A stretch of 64,000 bases of DNA from Toensbergia leucococca (lineage: Eukaryota): contig JALDZS010000085.1 in NCBI GenBank assembly GCA_022813965.1, positions 1 through 64,000 of the forward strand, read 5' to 3'. This document shows, in pieces, positions 1-13,267 of this stretch. Position numbers and translations under genes: made by a program. The number at the start of each line of letters is the position of its first letter. The stretch's first letter is position 1. The notes beneath the pieces are model-generated. The model saw nothing but the letters and a program-made list of their open reading frames with translations. It searched no databases and was not told the DNA's origin.

Positions 1-180
1 CCCCCCCCTCCTCCCCCTCCCCCCTCCCCCCTCCCCCCCCCCCCCCCCCTCTTAGTCCCTCCCCCCCCCCCCCCCCCCCCCCCCCCTCCCCCACCAAACC
101 CACCCCCCCCCTCCCCCTACCCCTCCCCTCCCTCCACCTCCACCACCTCATCTCCCTACCATCCCCCCTCCTCACATTAC
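1..180. repeat. Poly-C / C-rich low-complexity tract (G4-prone on minus strand; may partly be base-calling artefact)
   Basis: Long C homopolymers interrupted by single T/A; no clean telomeric repeat unit. Confidence 0.8.
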
Positions 181-480
181 CCTCCGCCACTCACATCAAG
201 ATATATCCCCCACTTTGCCGCTGCCCGGGAGGCCGAGATTGCTACCCCACCGATTAAATTTTACTTTGAGGGGGATTTTTCTTTTTTGGGGGGTTGGGAG
301 TGGGGGAGAGAAGGCGTACTGTGTTCTCACGAGGATGAGTTCCTTGTCTTTCTAATGAGATGGTCGGTTCGTCTGGTCCAGTAGCAGGATCTGGATGGAG
401 AATGCTTAGTGTTTTATTTGGGGGTGGGTAAGGAGGGTGGGTTTTGCCGGGGGGGGGCGGGGGGAGAGTACATCATGTTG
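150..480 (+). CDS. Possible 3' end of a gene entering from the left of the window (product unknown)
   Basis: Open frame ...YIPHFAAAREAEIATPPIKFYFEGDFSFLGGWEWGREG, then a plausible GTACTG...CTAAT...TAG intron and a short last exon ending in TGA at 478-480; converges on the NADH dehydrogenase gene. Confidence 0.3.
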
Positions 481-1215
481 ATCAGATAACTTAGATAGAC
501 AGGATCGATTGGGATTGCAATGACAGTATTCGAACCAAGGGTTTTTGCCTGCGGTTGGGATACGAATGCTATATATACGCAGAACTTCACCGAGAAGTGC
601 ACGCTCCAGAACAAAAAAAAAGGTAGACTCTCGAGTTTCAAATTCTGCAAAATGGCAAGGCACAATCATGCTTTTCCTTTTTTTTTTCGGGGCACATATG
701 CGCCATTGTTGCAAAAAATGCACAACTCGGATTTTATTTCTCATGCAAGCATGTGCTTTTTCAAGCGACCGACTTTGATCACATCAATACAGGCGCCTGG
801 AGAAGGGGTTTCGGTCTTGAAAATTTTTTCTTCTGTACGTGCCTTCGACATATAGGGAAGGGTGACTTGGGGGGTGTGAAGTGAAGGTGAGAAAAAAAAA
901 GGGGGTTCGGTTGTGAAAAAGGCGTATGCAGTAGGAGAGGAGGACGTAGGGTTGTATTGCATGTACAAAGATATATAAGTGGAAGAATAAGTATCGAGGA
1001 GACAAAGCAGAGCGTGAACGCCCAAATTCCCATTTTAGTGACTGGAATCTATTTTGGTAAAACAAAGTAGGGCAAGAAGAGGGAAGAAAGGAAGAGTGGT
1101 ATAAAAGTATCGACAACAGTCATCAGCACTTGCCCACCAAACGAAGCCAATCAACCTCCCCCTCACACCCTCCTCCACCCAAGTATCAAGCCCCCCTCCC
1201 AGGAGAAACCCCCAC

Positions 1216-3018
1216 TCACTCCCGACTGACATCTCTCCCAAACATCTTACTCTTAACCCAATCCACACAAACTAACAGCCGATTCCTCGTACTAAAACAC
1301 ATACTCAAATACGCGCTTTTCCAAAAGAAATAAGTCATCGTGCCCCCCGTCGCAAAATTACTTCCAAACCAAGAGATATCAGCCACCGCCTTGTCGTGCC
1401 CAATATAAGACAGGCTGCCCTGATGGCTGTACGCAAAGGGGCCAATGTTCTTGGTGCGGCGCAACTGTTTCTGTAAGTCATGGATCGAGTTGAGGATGCT
1501 GTTGCGGTCCTCGGCCGAAGCTGTGGACTGGGCGACGGATAGCTGGTCGAGTTCTTGCTTGATCGTGTCGGTTTTGGCGAGTGAGTTGAAGAGGCGGGCA
1601 AGGAAGGCGCCTTCTTGAGAGGCGACTTGAGCCGTTGGAGCGTAATTGGCGATGGCGCAGTCACCGACAGCCCAGATGTTTTCGGTACCGTTGACGACGA
1701 GGTATTCGTTTACGGTAAGTCCGCGGCGGGAGTCCTTCTGAGCGGGAATTTGGCCCATGAGGTCTCGCACGACGGGGCGGAGGGCGTTGCCCGTTGCCCA
1801 GACGAGGAGGCCGTAGGGGAGGGTTTCTTTTTCCTTGCTTCCGTCTGGTTTGGTGAATTCGGCTTCAATGGTTTTGTCGGTGACGTTTTTGACCATTGTT
1901 TTGGTACGTATGGTGATGGATTCTTCTTTGAAGGCTGACTCGGTGTAGTCAATTAGGTGCTTGGAGAATGAGGGGAGGACGTTGGGAAGAGCTTCAACAA
2001 GAGTGACATGGAAGTTGTCGGTGATTTCGGGGACCCATTTCTTGAGATCTTGCTCGAAAAAATCTTGGAGTTCGCCGGCAAATTCCACGCCGGTGGGTCC
2101 GCCACCAACAACGACCATATGGAGAAGTCGCTTCCTCTCCTCGTCGGACTGATCCTTGAAGCTAGCTGTTTCAACGCAGTCCATAATACGCTTGCGGATC
2201 TTCTGTGCGTCTCCGACTTCTTTCAAGAAGCAAGCATGCTCTTTCACGCCAGGAATACCAAAGGTTGCATTCTCAGCGCCGACACCAACGACTAACATAT
2301 CGAAAGGAACCTCGGTCGAAGTCATGTCACCCTTTATCTCCGAGTCATCACTGATGGCCACAACCTTTCTCTCGTAATCGATCTTGGTGGCATCTGCTTC
2401 ATAGTATTTGACGGTAGCTTTCTTGTGCCTTAGAATGTTCCGAATCGGTTCCATAATGGAACGATGCTCGATAGTGCCGGTGGTACATGATGGTAGGAGA
2501 GGTGTGAATAGGAAAAAGTTACGTGGAGAGATGACTATGACATTGTAATTTTCCGTGTCGAGCTTTTTGAGCAGAGACACAGAGCCCCAGCCAGTACCTA
2601 GGGAAAGTGTCAACGCTTACCCGGTAGACTCGGTGAAGTTTTACATACCTAGTATAACAAGTGTTTTCTTTGAAGGATCCGGATTGAACTGCTCTTGTGG
2701 AGTCCGCAAGAGATAGATACTGTAACCCAACCATCCTAAACCACCGATTGCAGATAGATATGTGAGGCGCCACGTCCAACGAAAAAAGCGACGACCTCTT
2801 CTCTTCGTCGTAGGTGACACAGTATCTGCATAAGCGCGCCTAAACGATTGCTGCAGAATTGATGCCGGAAGAAACGGTTTTAACGCGGCATGTGACCTGG
2901 TGATATTGAAAGGTGATCGGAAAGTGGTCAAGGTGCGTAGGGAAGTGAGTGTTGGAGCGGAAGCAGTTTTACGTGAGGCTATTCGAGATGGAAGCCTCGA
3001 TACGGCTTTGCTCGCCAT
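1216..3018 (-). CDS. NDE1: Type II (alternative, external) mitochondrial NADH:ubiquinone oxidoreductase, Nde1/Ndi1 family
   Basis: Exons 3018-2649 and 2597-1216, 51-nt intron GTATGT..CTAG; Arg/Ser-rich presequence; Rossmann motifs LVILGTGWGS and VVVGGGPTGVEFAGEL; C-terminal FGRDVSRE. Confidence 0.95.
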
Positions 3019-3717
3019 GATTGTAGCAATTCAGATAGCTCTAAGACACGATCGCTTTTAACGGGGTACTCGTCGCTGGCAGGTGCAACATGTGATGTAT
3101 GATATTTCGTTCTGTCATGAAAGATTATTGATAGGGTAAAGATCAAAGAAGATAACAGATAGGTAGCTAAGACCTTATGATTGCTATGACAGCCTTTGGT
3201 CCTTCTGCTGCCTCAGAACAAGAAGCTCATTCCTCATCCTCAATCATAGCTCCTCTTGCGGACCAAAGGACTCCCATACGTCCGTTACATCGCCCTTGTG
3301 TATTCTCAGCCCTAGATCTCCCGCCACGTCACATTCAGATCAGACTACCCTTCCCTACGCAAGAGTATTCAAACTACCTGTAAGAGTGATTTGAACGCGT
3401 ACGAGCTACTGGTCGGAAGCTTTTTATCATGCGCGCACCGGTGAAGCACTTGGTTTCAAGTCAATGTCCATCTGATGCATCCCAGAGGGTTGGTCCGCAA
3501 AGGGTACTAATATACGGATACCTAGGTACATAGCGAATGTGCGAGCCCATGTGCAAAGATTCCGGCCTGATCCAGCCTCCGCCACGCACGCCATCTCGCC
3601 ATGATCTCGACACTCCGTCCCCTTAACCAAAGCCAACTGCGCCATCAGGAGCCAGTGCGAGCTGACCATAACCATCATATCACCCACGCAAAAGCCCAAA
3701 GCTAAACCCCCGTATTT

Positions 3718-5571
3718 TCAAGTTGCATGACCTCCTTTGACTCCCGGCAAACCTTTCACCCCTTCTGGATCCAATTCAGGCCCAGGCTCTTGTTCCTCTT
3801 CTTCCCTGATAATCTGTTGACTGACCCGATTCCTGTCTCCTTCTACCAGGTCACCCAAATCTCCTTTGTTAACATCACCCATACTCTTTCTCGCTTCTTT
3901 CACAATTGCATCAGCTTCACTGATTCCGCCACTTTTGCTCGAGGGATCGCCCTCAACCCCAATCGGTTCGACTTTGCGATCAACGTTTTGTTGTAGTGCT
4001 TGATTGTCGAAGCGAACAACCATACACGACAGATTGTCGGTTGAAAAACGGCTAAGAGCGTAATCTACGAGCTGTTTCGAAGCTTCTTGAGGGTCATGCG
4101 TATGTCTAATCAGGTCGACCGCTTCTTGATCCGTGCAAACATCCCAAAGCTTGAAAGTAAGTGTTAGCAACGAGATTTGGAGCTAACCGGGGCACAAGAC
4201 GAGAGGACTCACGCCGTCACAAGCCAAAATTAGAAACTCGTCTATATCTGGTTGGATGACTGTCTCCGTAGTGTAGGGATGGCCAGTGACCAAGTCTTTC
4301 ATGTATGCATCACCCAAAGCTCTGGTAACTGCTAAAACACCATTGACGCGATTGTTGAGAATTAATCCCCCCGCATTTGAGATTCGTTTTCCCTCGTTCT
4401 CATCACTGCCTTTGTGATCATATGACAGACGTAGCGCTTTACCATTACGGCAAAGAACTATTCGGGCGTCTCCAACGTTTGCAGTATATAGCACACGTTG
4501 ACGAGACGCGGTTTCTTGAAGCTTTGGGAGAGTAATAGATGGGTGGGAGGTCCAGGTTGCGGTACTCAATTGCAACACCAAGGCCTTTGACGGGTCCATG
4601 TCGCCTTCTTCAGCTGGAGGCTCCGAGGCTGCTTTGACTGCTGCAGCAGCTGCCGGTGCAATTGCGGTAGAGCCGGTGGCTGATGAGGGATTCGGTATCC
4701 TGTCCTCCCATCGTAACACTGCACATATAGCGGTACATCCACTATTTTTCAGGGGAAGCTTTTCCAATTGCTGATCAACGTTCGTAAAAGTTTGATCTAA
4801 CAGCTCTGGTATTGGTGTGTTGGGGTTCTTGCGTATTATGTCTTCCAGCAAAACATGCAATTTTTTACCACACCAATCTGCAGCAAATGTACCGGCATGC
4901 CCGTCAAATACGGCAAAATAACCATTGTCAGTCTCGATAACATGCGAAGTTTGAGGGAAACTTGTGCGGGAGTCTACCGGACTCGCTGATTCTTGACTCT
5001 TCTTACTTGACAAAGAGTCAATTTCCGACCACGTCGTAGGAGCAGGCGTACTCAAGAAATTGTATAAATATGCATGAGTGTCCTCCATAGTCCGCCTGCA
5101 TTTCTTGTTCTTGTCTTCGGTCACACCAACGCGGAATGTAGATCTCGGCCCAGGACGTGACTCTCCTGCAGAATTATTGTACGAACCCTGAGGTACACTC
5201 AGTGCGGCATCCGTCTTTCCTAGCTTCTGGATTGCTGTCGCCTGCGGGCTGAGGGGACTAATTGGGGAATTTGGATTTGAAGATCCATGAAGATGTAAAG
5301 AATTCTTGGCGCTCGAAAATAATGCACTGGCCTTGGCTACACCACTACTTCTTCGCCTCTTATCCCCACTTGGATTGGCCTCATCCGTAGATTTTCTTCC
5401 CGTGGGACTTGAGTTTGTGCTGTTGTGCTTCTCTCCTACATTGTTGACATCTTCGTCTTCTGCCTTCAGAGATATACCTTGAGGTATACTGCCCGGGCCA
5501 CTACTCGGCCTTGAAGGATGGTGTGTCACAACCGTGGTTTCACTATCTTTCTGGGGGGAGCCGCCAAACAT
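3718..5571 (-). CDS. PTC1: Protein phosphatase 2C, Ptc1-like
   Basis: Exons 5571-4213 and 4149-3718 (63-nt intron); motifs [46 protein letters not shown]. Confidence 0.93.
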
Positions 5572-6799
5572 CCTATTAAGCAAGCCTCCTCCTCCCGAGT
5601 TGGAGAGACTTCTTCTCTTATTCCCTGCCAGATTGACGACTTCAGTGGTGAAGGTCCCTCGGAGAGACGGTCCGACTCGAAAAGATAGTCAAGATCGCGA
5701 GGTTCGGTTTAGCGGACTTGAAAGACTGATTGTGGGCGTTCTATCAGAGCTGAGGCGTGGGACCAGCTTTAATCGGGCGAGGAAGATTAAGGATTGAAGA
5801 TTCTACTGCGGCTGGTAGGGTACGAATACGGCCCAGGAGAAGTTAACGTCTCAGGAACAGCCTGTTCTGACGAGAATTAGTTTTGTGCTGCAGACGTTGC
5901 AGAGACATGCCGAATAGACTAGAGATATGTCTAGTGAGTTTACGAAAGATGTGCTCGAAGCACGAGGTGAATTGAGATGAATGAAGAAACTCACACGCGA
6001 CTAGGATGGCAGGCTTAATTGCCTGCGGATTTCAGACGAGAACAATGTCTAAAATCAGGCTCCAATGCCTGTTCTAAGCCTATCTTGTACTTCTCTTCCT
6101 CAGTACTCGACGAAGAGGTGGTTGAAGCTAGTCTGTGGAGTGTGTAATCAAACGTGGGGTCAGCTTCTATCTATCCGTCCGGTATTCTATCCGTACTTGA
6201 ACCCTAACGAAACCGCTCCACCGTTACTAGTGTCCAGTGACGCAGCCGAGTGAAACCAATATAGAGTTGTTGCCTCAAGAGAAAGCTTAAAAGTCTGTGG
6301 GACACACGTATTTTGATAACTAAGAATGTTGGCTAAGAGAGAAGGCGACTGACACAGTCTGAAGAGTAGTCTTCCAGACGCCGACTTTTTGGCTCTACGA
6401 GAATCCGCATGTGTACATTGGATGGGTAGGTAACCTTGTAGCGAGAGAACTAAGTACTACTCATTACAATGGGTAGGATTGATAGGAGGCCAGTTAGAGG
6501 AACAGAAAAACCAGGGTCACTCCTTATTAATGCTTTTGTCATAGCAAACAAAGTGACGACGGACATGTACCTAGGCTTGTCCTGGAGTCACACATCTTAG
6601 TTACTACCTAGTGATTTTTGACTTGAACTTTTGGGCAGCTGCGGGAAACGTGGCACTATCATTTCTCATCTGCTGCTGTTACTACTTCATTCATTCGTGT
6701 TCAATACTCCATGCAGTATCAATGCCATGACGCCTGGGCAAGATGCAAAACAGATGTCGCCTACCATGCTGCTCGTAATGAAATCGTGAATCGTCTCCT

Positions 6800-9700
6800 T
6801 TACACCGCTTCGTTCTTGACTTCTTGCTCCATGGCCTGTAGTTGCGTCCGGAAATCCTTACCCAACCATTCCCAGTAGCCTTTCCACACTTGCCCTCGAC
6901 CATTTGCAGGTGAGCCCGCCGCTCCGGGAAAAGCGTTGTGCAGCAAGACTGTAACCCTGAGTACGCTTTTACTAGCCTCTTGTGCCTTTTCGACCTCCTG
7001 CTTTACCGCGTTGTCTTTCGGCTTAAATGAAAGAATGACACGGAAACATTCAGCAATTTGGTCAAGCCGCCGCACTGTTTCTGCCGGGTCGAGAAGGAGG
7101 TACTTTGTAAGCATGAGGTTACAGAGCACTTTGATGTCGTGCTCGTCTTCTAGACCCGCAATCACTCGATCAAAAAGCTCGAGCGGATTGATGCGCGTGA
7201 ATGCACTCTCCATCAGAGCGTACAGAGTTTCATACGCGCTCTAACATTTTGTGCTTAGTTGACGACTTGAGGCATGCGATGACAAGACTCACCTTGCGGA
7301 CTTCAAGCCCATCGTCCACCTTGTGCTTGAAGGGACCCATTTGAACCTCCCTCACTAGCTCCGGTTTGATCTTCGACTCTTGAATGACCAAAGGAAGTAG
7401 CTGCGCCAGGTGAGGGAGGATGATGTCGGGTTTATTGTGTGTTGCAGAGTTCAAGGCACTCAGTGCCAGTCGGCGGTTTTCCAAATGAGGGTCTTTGAGC
7501 ATAACAGATAACATCTGGATAAGCATCGGTTTAAGGACATCGTCAAATGTCTCATCGTTCTCCGCCAAGGTAAATCGGACAGCTTGAATTCCCATGCCTC
7601 GCACTGCAGGGGCCGGATCTTGGAGGTAATTCTGGCGGTTGCTTTCGTTAGTAAAATGCGAGGGAATGTTCCATAACATCATCACACCTTTAACAATGGG
7701 AGATATTTCTTAGGCTCAATGATCGCTAACCTCCCAATACATTCAGCTCCTACGGCCTTGTTATCTTCGGCCTGCGATGCTGTCAATAACTTGTCCCAGA
7801 TCCCTGCCGTGTATGCAGATATATCAGTCCCTGCCTTCCCAACGTGTTGTAGTATCTCCTTGATCGAATGTAATAGCAGGTATTGTGAACTTCCCGACTT
7901 ATTTGTTGTCGATAGTATAATTGGCAGATATTGATTTATATTTCCCGCACCTGCACGACCCAGAGCTATAGCAGCAGCCCGAGGCACTTGTTCTGACTTT
8001 GATTTAAAGTGAGTAATAAACAAGTCAGGTTGCAAAGGCGATGATGATCCTAGTCGTAAACCTGCCTCTCCGAGTATAGAAAGGGCCAGGCATTTCCGCT
8101 GGTCGTCGGGGGCCGATTGTAATTCGGTCACAAAGTCTTCAATTTTGACTCCGACCGTCGAGCCTCCCGAGATTAATAATGTGCCGATAGCTTTGCCAAC
8201 AAGGGCTGGATCGCCGGCGACACCCACGTTTTTTAGTAAACCATTCATGAGTGACTGACCAACCCCGTGTTCTCCGATGGTTTTAATCAATCCCAAGAAG
8301 GCATCAAGTACACCTCCTGCAAGCGGTGCAAGAACAATCGTGCATAGAACATCATCGAGATCGCTATTGACAACCTTCTTAGGGCTTCGTTGTACGAGCT
8401 TTGTAAGTATTAGTAATGCTAAACCGAGGAGATTGAGCTCAGTTTCGTCAAGGAGTGGTAGTAGCATGCCAACCAGCCCCTTGATTGTCGTGTCGTCGAG
8501 ACTTGCGAGCGCTGAGGAATTCGTGACCATGTTCTTCAATGCGGCTAGACTCGCCCCACGTAGAGTCCGGTCTGCCTTTCGTAGTTGGGCACCCAATTCA
8601 ATTGTCACTTCCCGAACCCAAGTCGCCTTGAGTTCGTCCTTGTCCGCCGCTGAGGCAGCGACTATGTCAATGGCCCGAACAGCTGGAAGGCGGGTAATCT
8701 CATTTTTGAGCCGGTCAAGTAGTACATTCAAGGCCTTTGATTTCTTTGAAGCTGGAAGAAGCTTCCCACTGCTTGACCCTGCCGTACGCGCCAACAACAC
8801 ACCAAGAGCGTGGATAGCCCGCTGCCGTACCTCAAGATCTGCATCATTCGCAACAGCCCGTTCGAGTATAACGTCATAAAGATTGCTGAGATAGGCCTGA
8901 CGTTGCTGATCAGTGCCAGAGATTCGAGGTGGTGTCAGAACTTTGATGACGCTTTCAACAACGATGATGGCCTCGCCGGAAATCTTATAATATCTATCTT
9001 TGACAGCGGAGACTATACCAGTAACTAGTTTTTCAATGTAGGGTGAAATCACGCTCGCAGAATGCGTATCACATATGGCACTGACAAGCTGCAAAGCATT
9101 GATACGTAGACTACTACCAATCGCGGATGCAGCACCTCCACCCAGGGTAGTAGTATGCCCACTAGGCTGAGTGCTAGAGCCTGCAAATGCATCGATGAGT
9201 GGATCTGCAATTTTGTTGAGGTGCTCGGAAAGACCGCCGTGCTGAACGACAACAATGTCTCGTAAGAGAGTGATGGCAGCATGCTTAGTGGGTATGGAAC
9301 TTTGCTTTAGTAATTTGGCGACTGCTTGGACGATGACTGGACCGAGTCGAGCAAGGTCCGCTCTAGGGCCAGAAATTGGGGACGGTGAATCAATCGGAGA
9401 AGTCATACCGACAGCGGAGTCATAGGCGATTGCGTCGCTGCTGCCTCTTCGACGTTTCCGAGAATGTGAGATAGGGAACGCTGAGACATAACCATTGCCT
9501 TCGCTCCCTGGGTTTATAATAGATGGACCTTCCTCTGTTTTCCTAATTAAGGAGGCCAGAGTTGTCAATATCTCAAGCCTAACATTCTCTTCGCGCTCCT
9601 GGAAACGACTTATTAGAACCGGCGCTATCTTGTCATAAAGTACACCATTATCCAAGAGGTCTCCACTACTCCTTGTCGAAATGATAGTGTAGAGCGCCTT

Positions 9701-11020
9701 TGCAGCACATCGTCGAACCTTCCAGCTTGCGTCGTCATCATCACTCATATTCTCTTCTTCCTCAAAGTCTTCCTCTGCATCATCGATTCCGTTTGTGCTG
9801 GCTTCATCATCGTCATCGTCACCCTGCGTCCCTCCCATTTCTTCATCGTCTTCATCTAATGCAAAATTTGGATCGTAAGTGACATATCGAAGAACAGAAT
9901 CGATGACTTCATCAGTGAAGCGACGCATTTCGTTGCTACACGATAAGAGGAACCCTTCTAACGCCACTAGAGCGGCTTCCCTGACTTCTTCAACCTCTGG
10001 ATTCGAAGTGCCTTCCTCGGCTAAATCTGCCATGGACTCATCGTATTCCTCTGCACTTAGAGCACTCAGTACAAAGGGCGCAAGGGTCTTTAGGTATGGT
10101 CCTAGGCGTTGTGGTACAGTTCTGGTGAGCGAACCAATCATGGTGATAAGCAGGCGCCGCTTGGAAGGCGTCAAGTGAGGGTCTCGGAAACTTTCAATTG
10201 TGGTGGATACAAAATTACTCAGTAGAGGATCTGAGAGATATACTGCTAGTATTGAAATGGCCATGACAGCCTTCTTCTTAGTGACTGTGCCTGTGCGTCC
10301 ATTATCGAGAATCTCAGAAATAGATCTCAAAAGAGCTTGTTTCTCTGGTTCTTGGAGCATTGACCCAAAGCATCTAACCACCTCACTGAGGACGTCGATT
10401 GCGTCGCTATCAACACCATTTTCAGAGTCAAATTCCAGCATGCCGGTTGGTGGAGGGGGGTGACCCTTCAATCCAAGGGGAATAACCACATAGCCAAGTA
10501 GCCGCGGTATTAGGACTTTGCTGATAGTAGCGTATGCATCTTGGGTTGCTTTTGAAGATGTCAATCCGGAGATCGGCGGCGGAAAGGAGACGACAAATGC
10601 CCGTAGAGCAGTGGCCGGTATGGAATTGTCCACTGAATTTTCCGTCTTGATGAGGGAGAGCTTCTCGACAAAGGTCGGTAGAATCTCGGGGTGGACTTGA
10701 AGAGCCAGAGGGCCAACACTGCATTTAAGAAATCAGCATCCAGAACATTTTCGAGGGACAGCGTAGATGGAGCTAACATACCACTTGATGGCCTGATTCT
10801 GCACCTCGCCATTAGTATCGTCTAGGGTCTTAAGTAATCCATCAACAGCTCTGCAGCAGGTGGTATAATCGTTGAGTAAAAAGCCTTGGTGGCCGAAGTT
10901 CAAAATATTATAAAGATCGTTAAGTGCCATGTATCGTAGGTCGGCGTCGGCATCGCTGAGCTTCGGTAACAAGGACGCAACATGATTTGCTGTGGGGTTT
11001 TGTGGTACAGCTGTCGACAT
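6800..11020 (-). CDS. CAND1: Cullin-associated NEDD8-dissociated protein 1 (CAND1/TIP120), HEAT repeats
   Basis: N-terminal D.D.RYMALNDL and NGEVQNQAIKC; SDDDDASWKVRRCAAK; C-terminal VREVQMGPFKHKVDDGLEVRK/SAYET; three short introns near 10.75, 7.66 and 7.27 kb. Confidence 0.96.
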
Positions 11021-11547
11021 GTTGAATGTTGGTGATCTCTACAGGACATGAAGGAAAGTCTGGAGTGGAGGGTAACGACAGCTTCGTCCGAGGGATCAGT
11101 ATCTGTGTTGAGAGGTCAGTAATTTCTACTTCCATATTTAGTCATGAAAGCTAGACACATACCTAATATCGGTGGAGATTCATGGATAATATGGATGGTG
11201 TCGACAGTAGGAGGGGACTCGTATAAATAGCTTGGAAGCCTCGTTCACAAAGTTCGAATCGCATGCAGAGGCTCAGAGGGAATTCCTCCATAATAGGGCT
11301 GACTTTAAGCTTGTGTTTCCCGCTCGGCTAAGAAGGCGGCCAAGGAGCTAGGGAGCGAGTGCGAGGAAGCCAGCCGAGCCAGCGAATCACAGCAAGAGAG
11401 CAGTAAGCTATTCCTCGACTTATTCTTTACCTTTACAGCAACTCCATAGTCAAGAAATCATCTTTCAATCCTGACTCCACATTCTCGAACAGATTATACT
11501 TAAGCTAGAGGCTTCCTCGGTGGTCGAAGATTGTCGCTCCATACTCA

Positions 11548-12597
11548 ATGGCTGTCCCGCGAGCTTCTGTCAATTGGACTGTCCTGCTTAGAAACCGGGC
11601 CACCAGAGCAGCTCGAAGCTCGACTTTCAACAGGTCATGGCAGCGCGCTCAGCGGAGAGGATATGCCAGTGACGGTAGCCATACCACTCAAAAAGCCGCA
11701 AGCGATCTACCATGGTATATTTAGCTATCTCCTTCCTTCATCCTGCGTCAATGCGGCTTTGTGTTATGAACCCGTCTATACACCACGCATGCTTAATTAT
11801 GAGGCCATTCTGACATTTATTCACATAGGATGATTGGCGCCGTCGCTGTTACTGTCCCTTCTTGCGCTTACCTCCTACAGCCGAAGGCCAACGGTCATGG
11901 TCACGGACATGATGATGGCGAGCACGGTGGGCACGAAAAGCATGAGGAAGCTTCAGAAGGGGAGGGTGAACACACCGAAGAAGCCGAAGTATCCGAAGAA
12001 GACAAGAGCGAGGATTCAGAAAGTACACCCGGTGAGCAGGAGAAATCGAGCAGTGACCAATCGGAGCAGGAGGGAAGTAAGCCAGATGACTCAGGCAGTG
12101 ATGGGGAAGAACAGCAGGATACTCCGGCCACGTCGGACGACGATGAACCAAAGAGTGAAGCACATGAAACAGAGGGCGGGGGGAATGTTGAAGGTGTTCA
12201 GTTCAAAGGAGCTACTAAGGATGGCGAGCAAGGAGATACACGAAAGCATATCCCAGATGCAAAAGGCTACAACAAGAAGAGAATCGAAAGCGATTACGGC
12301 AAGCCTCAAGGGACTGTCGACGAGGCGGAGAGCAGCACTGAAGACAAGGTAAACCGAGAGACGCAAACAGGTTGTCAAAGATGTGGATAATAAATGCTGA
12401 TAATGATGTAGCCTGCAGCAGCTAAATCGGCTGGGAGCCAAAACACGCAGTCGGGAAAGCAAGAGGGTATGTCAAATACCGACACGAAGCATTCTACCGA
12501 TATCACCAACGACTCCGAGCAGAGCACAAAGGGAGAAGGCACGCCTGAAACTTCCAAATCAAAGGGTACCGTCCAGACGTCAAGACCGCAGAAATAA
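11548..12597 (+). CDS. Conserved fungal hypothetical protein: mitochondrial-type presequence, one TM segment, long acidic/His-rich region
   Basis: MAVPRAS...RRGYASDG...SDLPW spliced to MIGAVAVTVPSCAYLL; last exon ...KQEGMSNTDTKHS...KGTVQTSRPQK-TAA; two GT..AG introns restore the frame. Confidence 0.8.
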
Positions 12598-13267
12598 AGA
12601 TTGAAGGTATTTCTCTTAGACTTTTCGAAGACGGGTGGTACGTAAAAGTTGCAGAGCCGTCACAATGTAAATAGGGTTTGCACTTCTGTACACGGCAGAA
12701 GAATATGGGACATAATTGAGATGATTCGTTGAATTTTCATAGTTCCATTGGCAAGAGATGAAGAATTCGGCGGTGGCGCACGACTCGTCGACTGCAAGCC
12801 AAAGGCCCGAGATGATAATCTAGCCCATGCATTGTACCCCTTATCATATAGGTTGACCGTCAGCCCTCTTGGTGGAATGATTACCGACGAATTAGCAAAG
12901 ACATTTACCCCGTACTTATTATTGTGTAGCCGCACCACCAGTTCACAACCCACCTTTAAATGTCAGCGCTTAGCTCGCCGGGACCAATCATGCTCACTCC
13001 CTCACCACCACTATGCCAAACGGCCAATTCACGTAATCCAGCCTCTCTTCCTCTCTCTCTCCTTCTCTGACTGCATCGCCTAGACCTGTCAGTGCTGTAC
13101 ATTACATCTAAATTCGTCGAGAACCTCTTTCGCAAGACCATAGAGGGAATTGTCCTCGACCACCTCAGCTATCTCCGAACCATAATCTCCGAGCAGTCAG
13201 CAATTGCGCTGACACCCATGATACTCCGTCTTCCATCTCGATAACCCTCCTTTCTCCGCCTTCAGAA

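Noticed and set aside
1..130. Telomere-like C-rich start
   Set aside because: No CCCTAA or other regular unit; similar C tracts occur internally (45.7 kb), and long homopolymers may be sequencing noise
406..1333. Many short ORFs in both directions
   Set aside because: Products of low-complexity homopolymer-rich intergenic DNA with no motifs
8277..10463. Antisense ORFs over CAND1 (and similar ones over the nested DCN1 ORF, ELG1, MVP1 and the GPI gene)
   Set aside because: Shadow frames of real coding sequence
11240..11275. GTTCGAATC T-loop-like motif suggesting a tRNA
   Set aside because: No acceptor, D or anticodon stems around it
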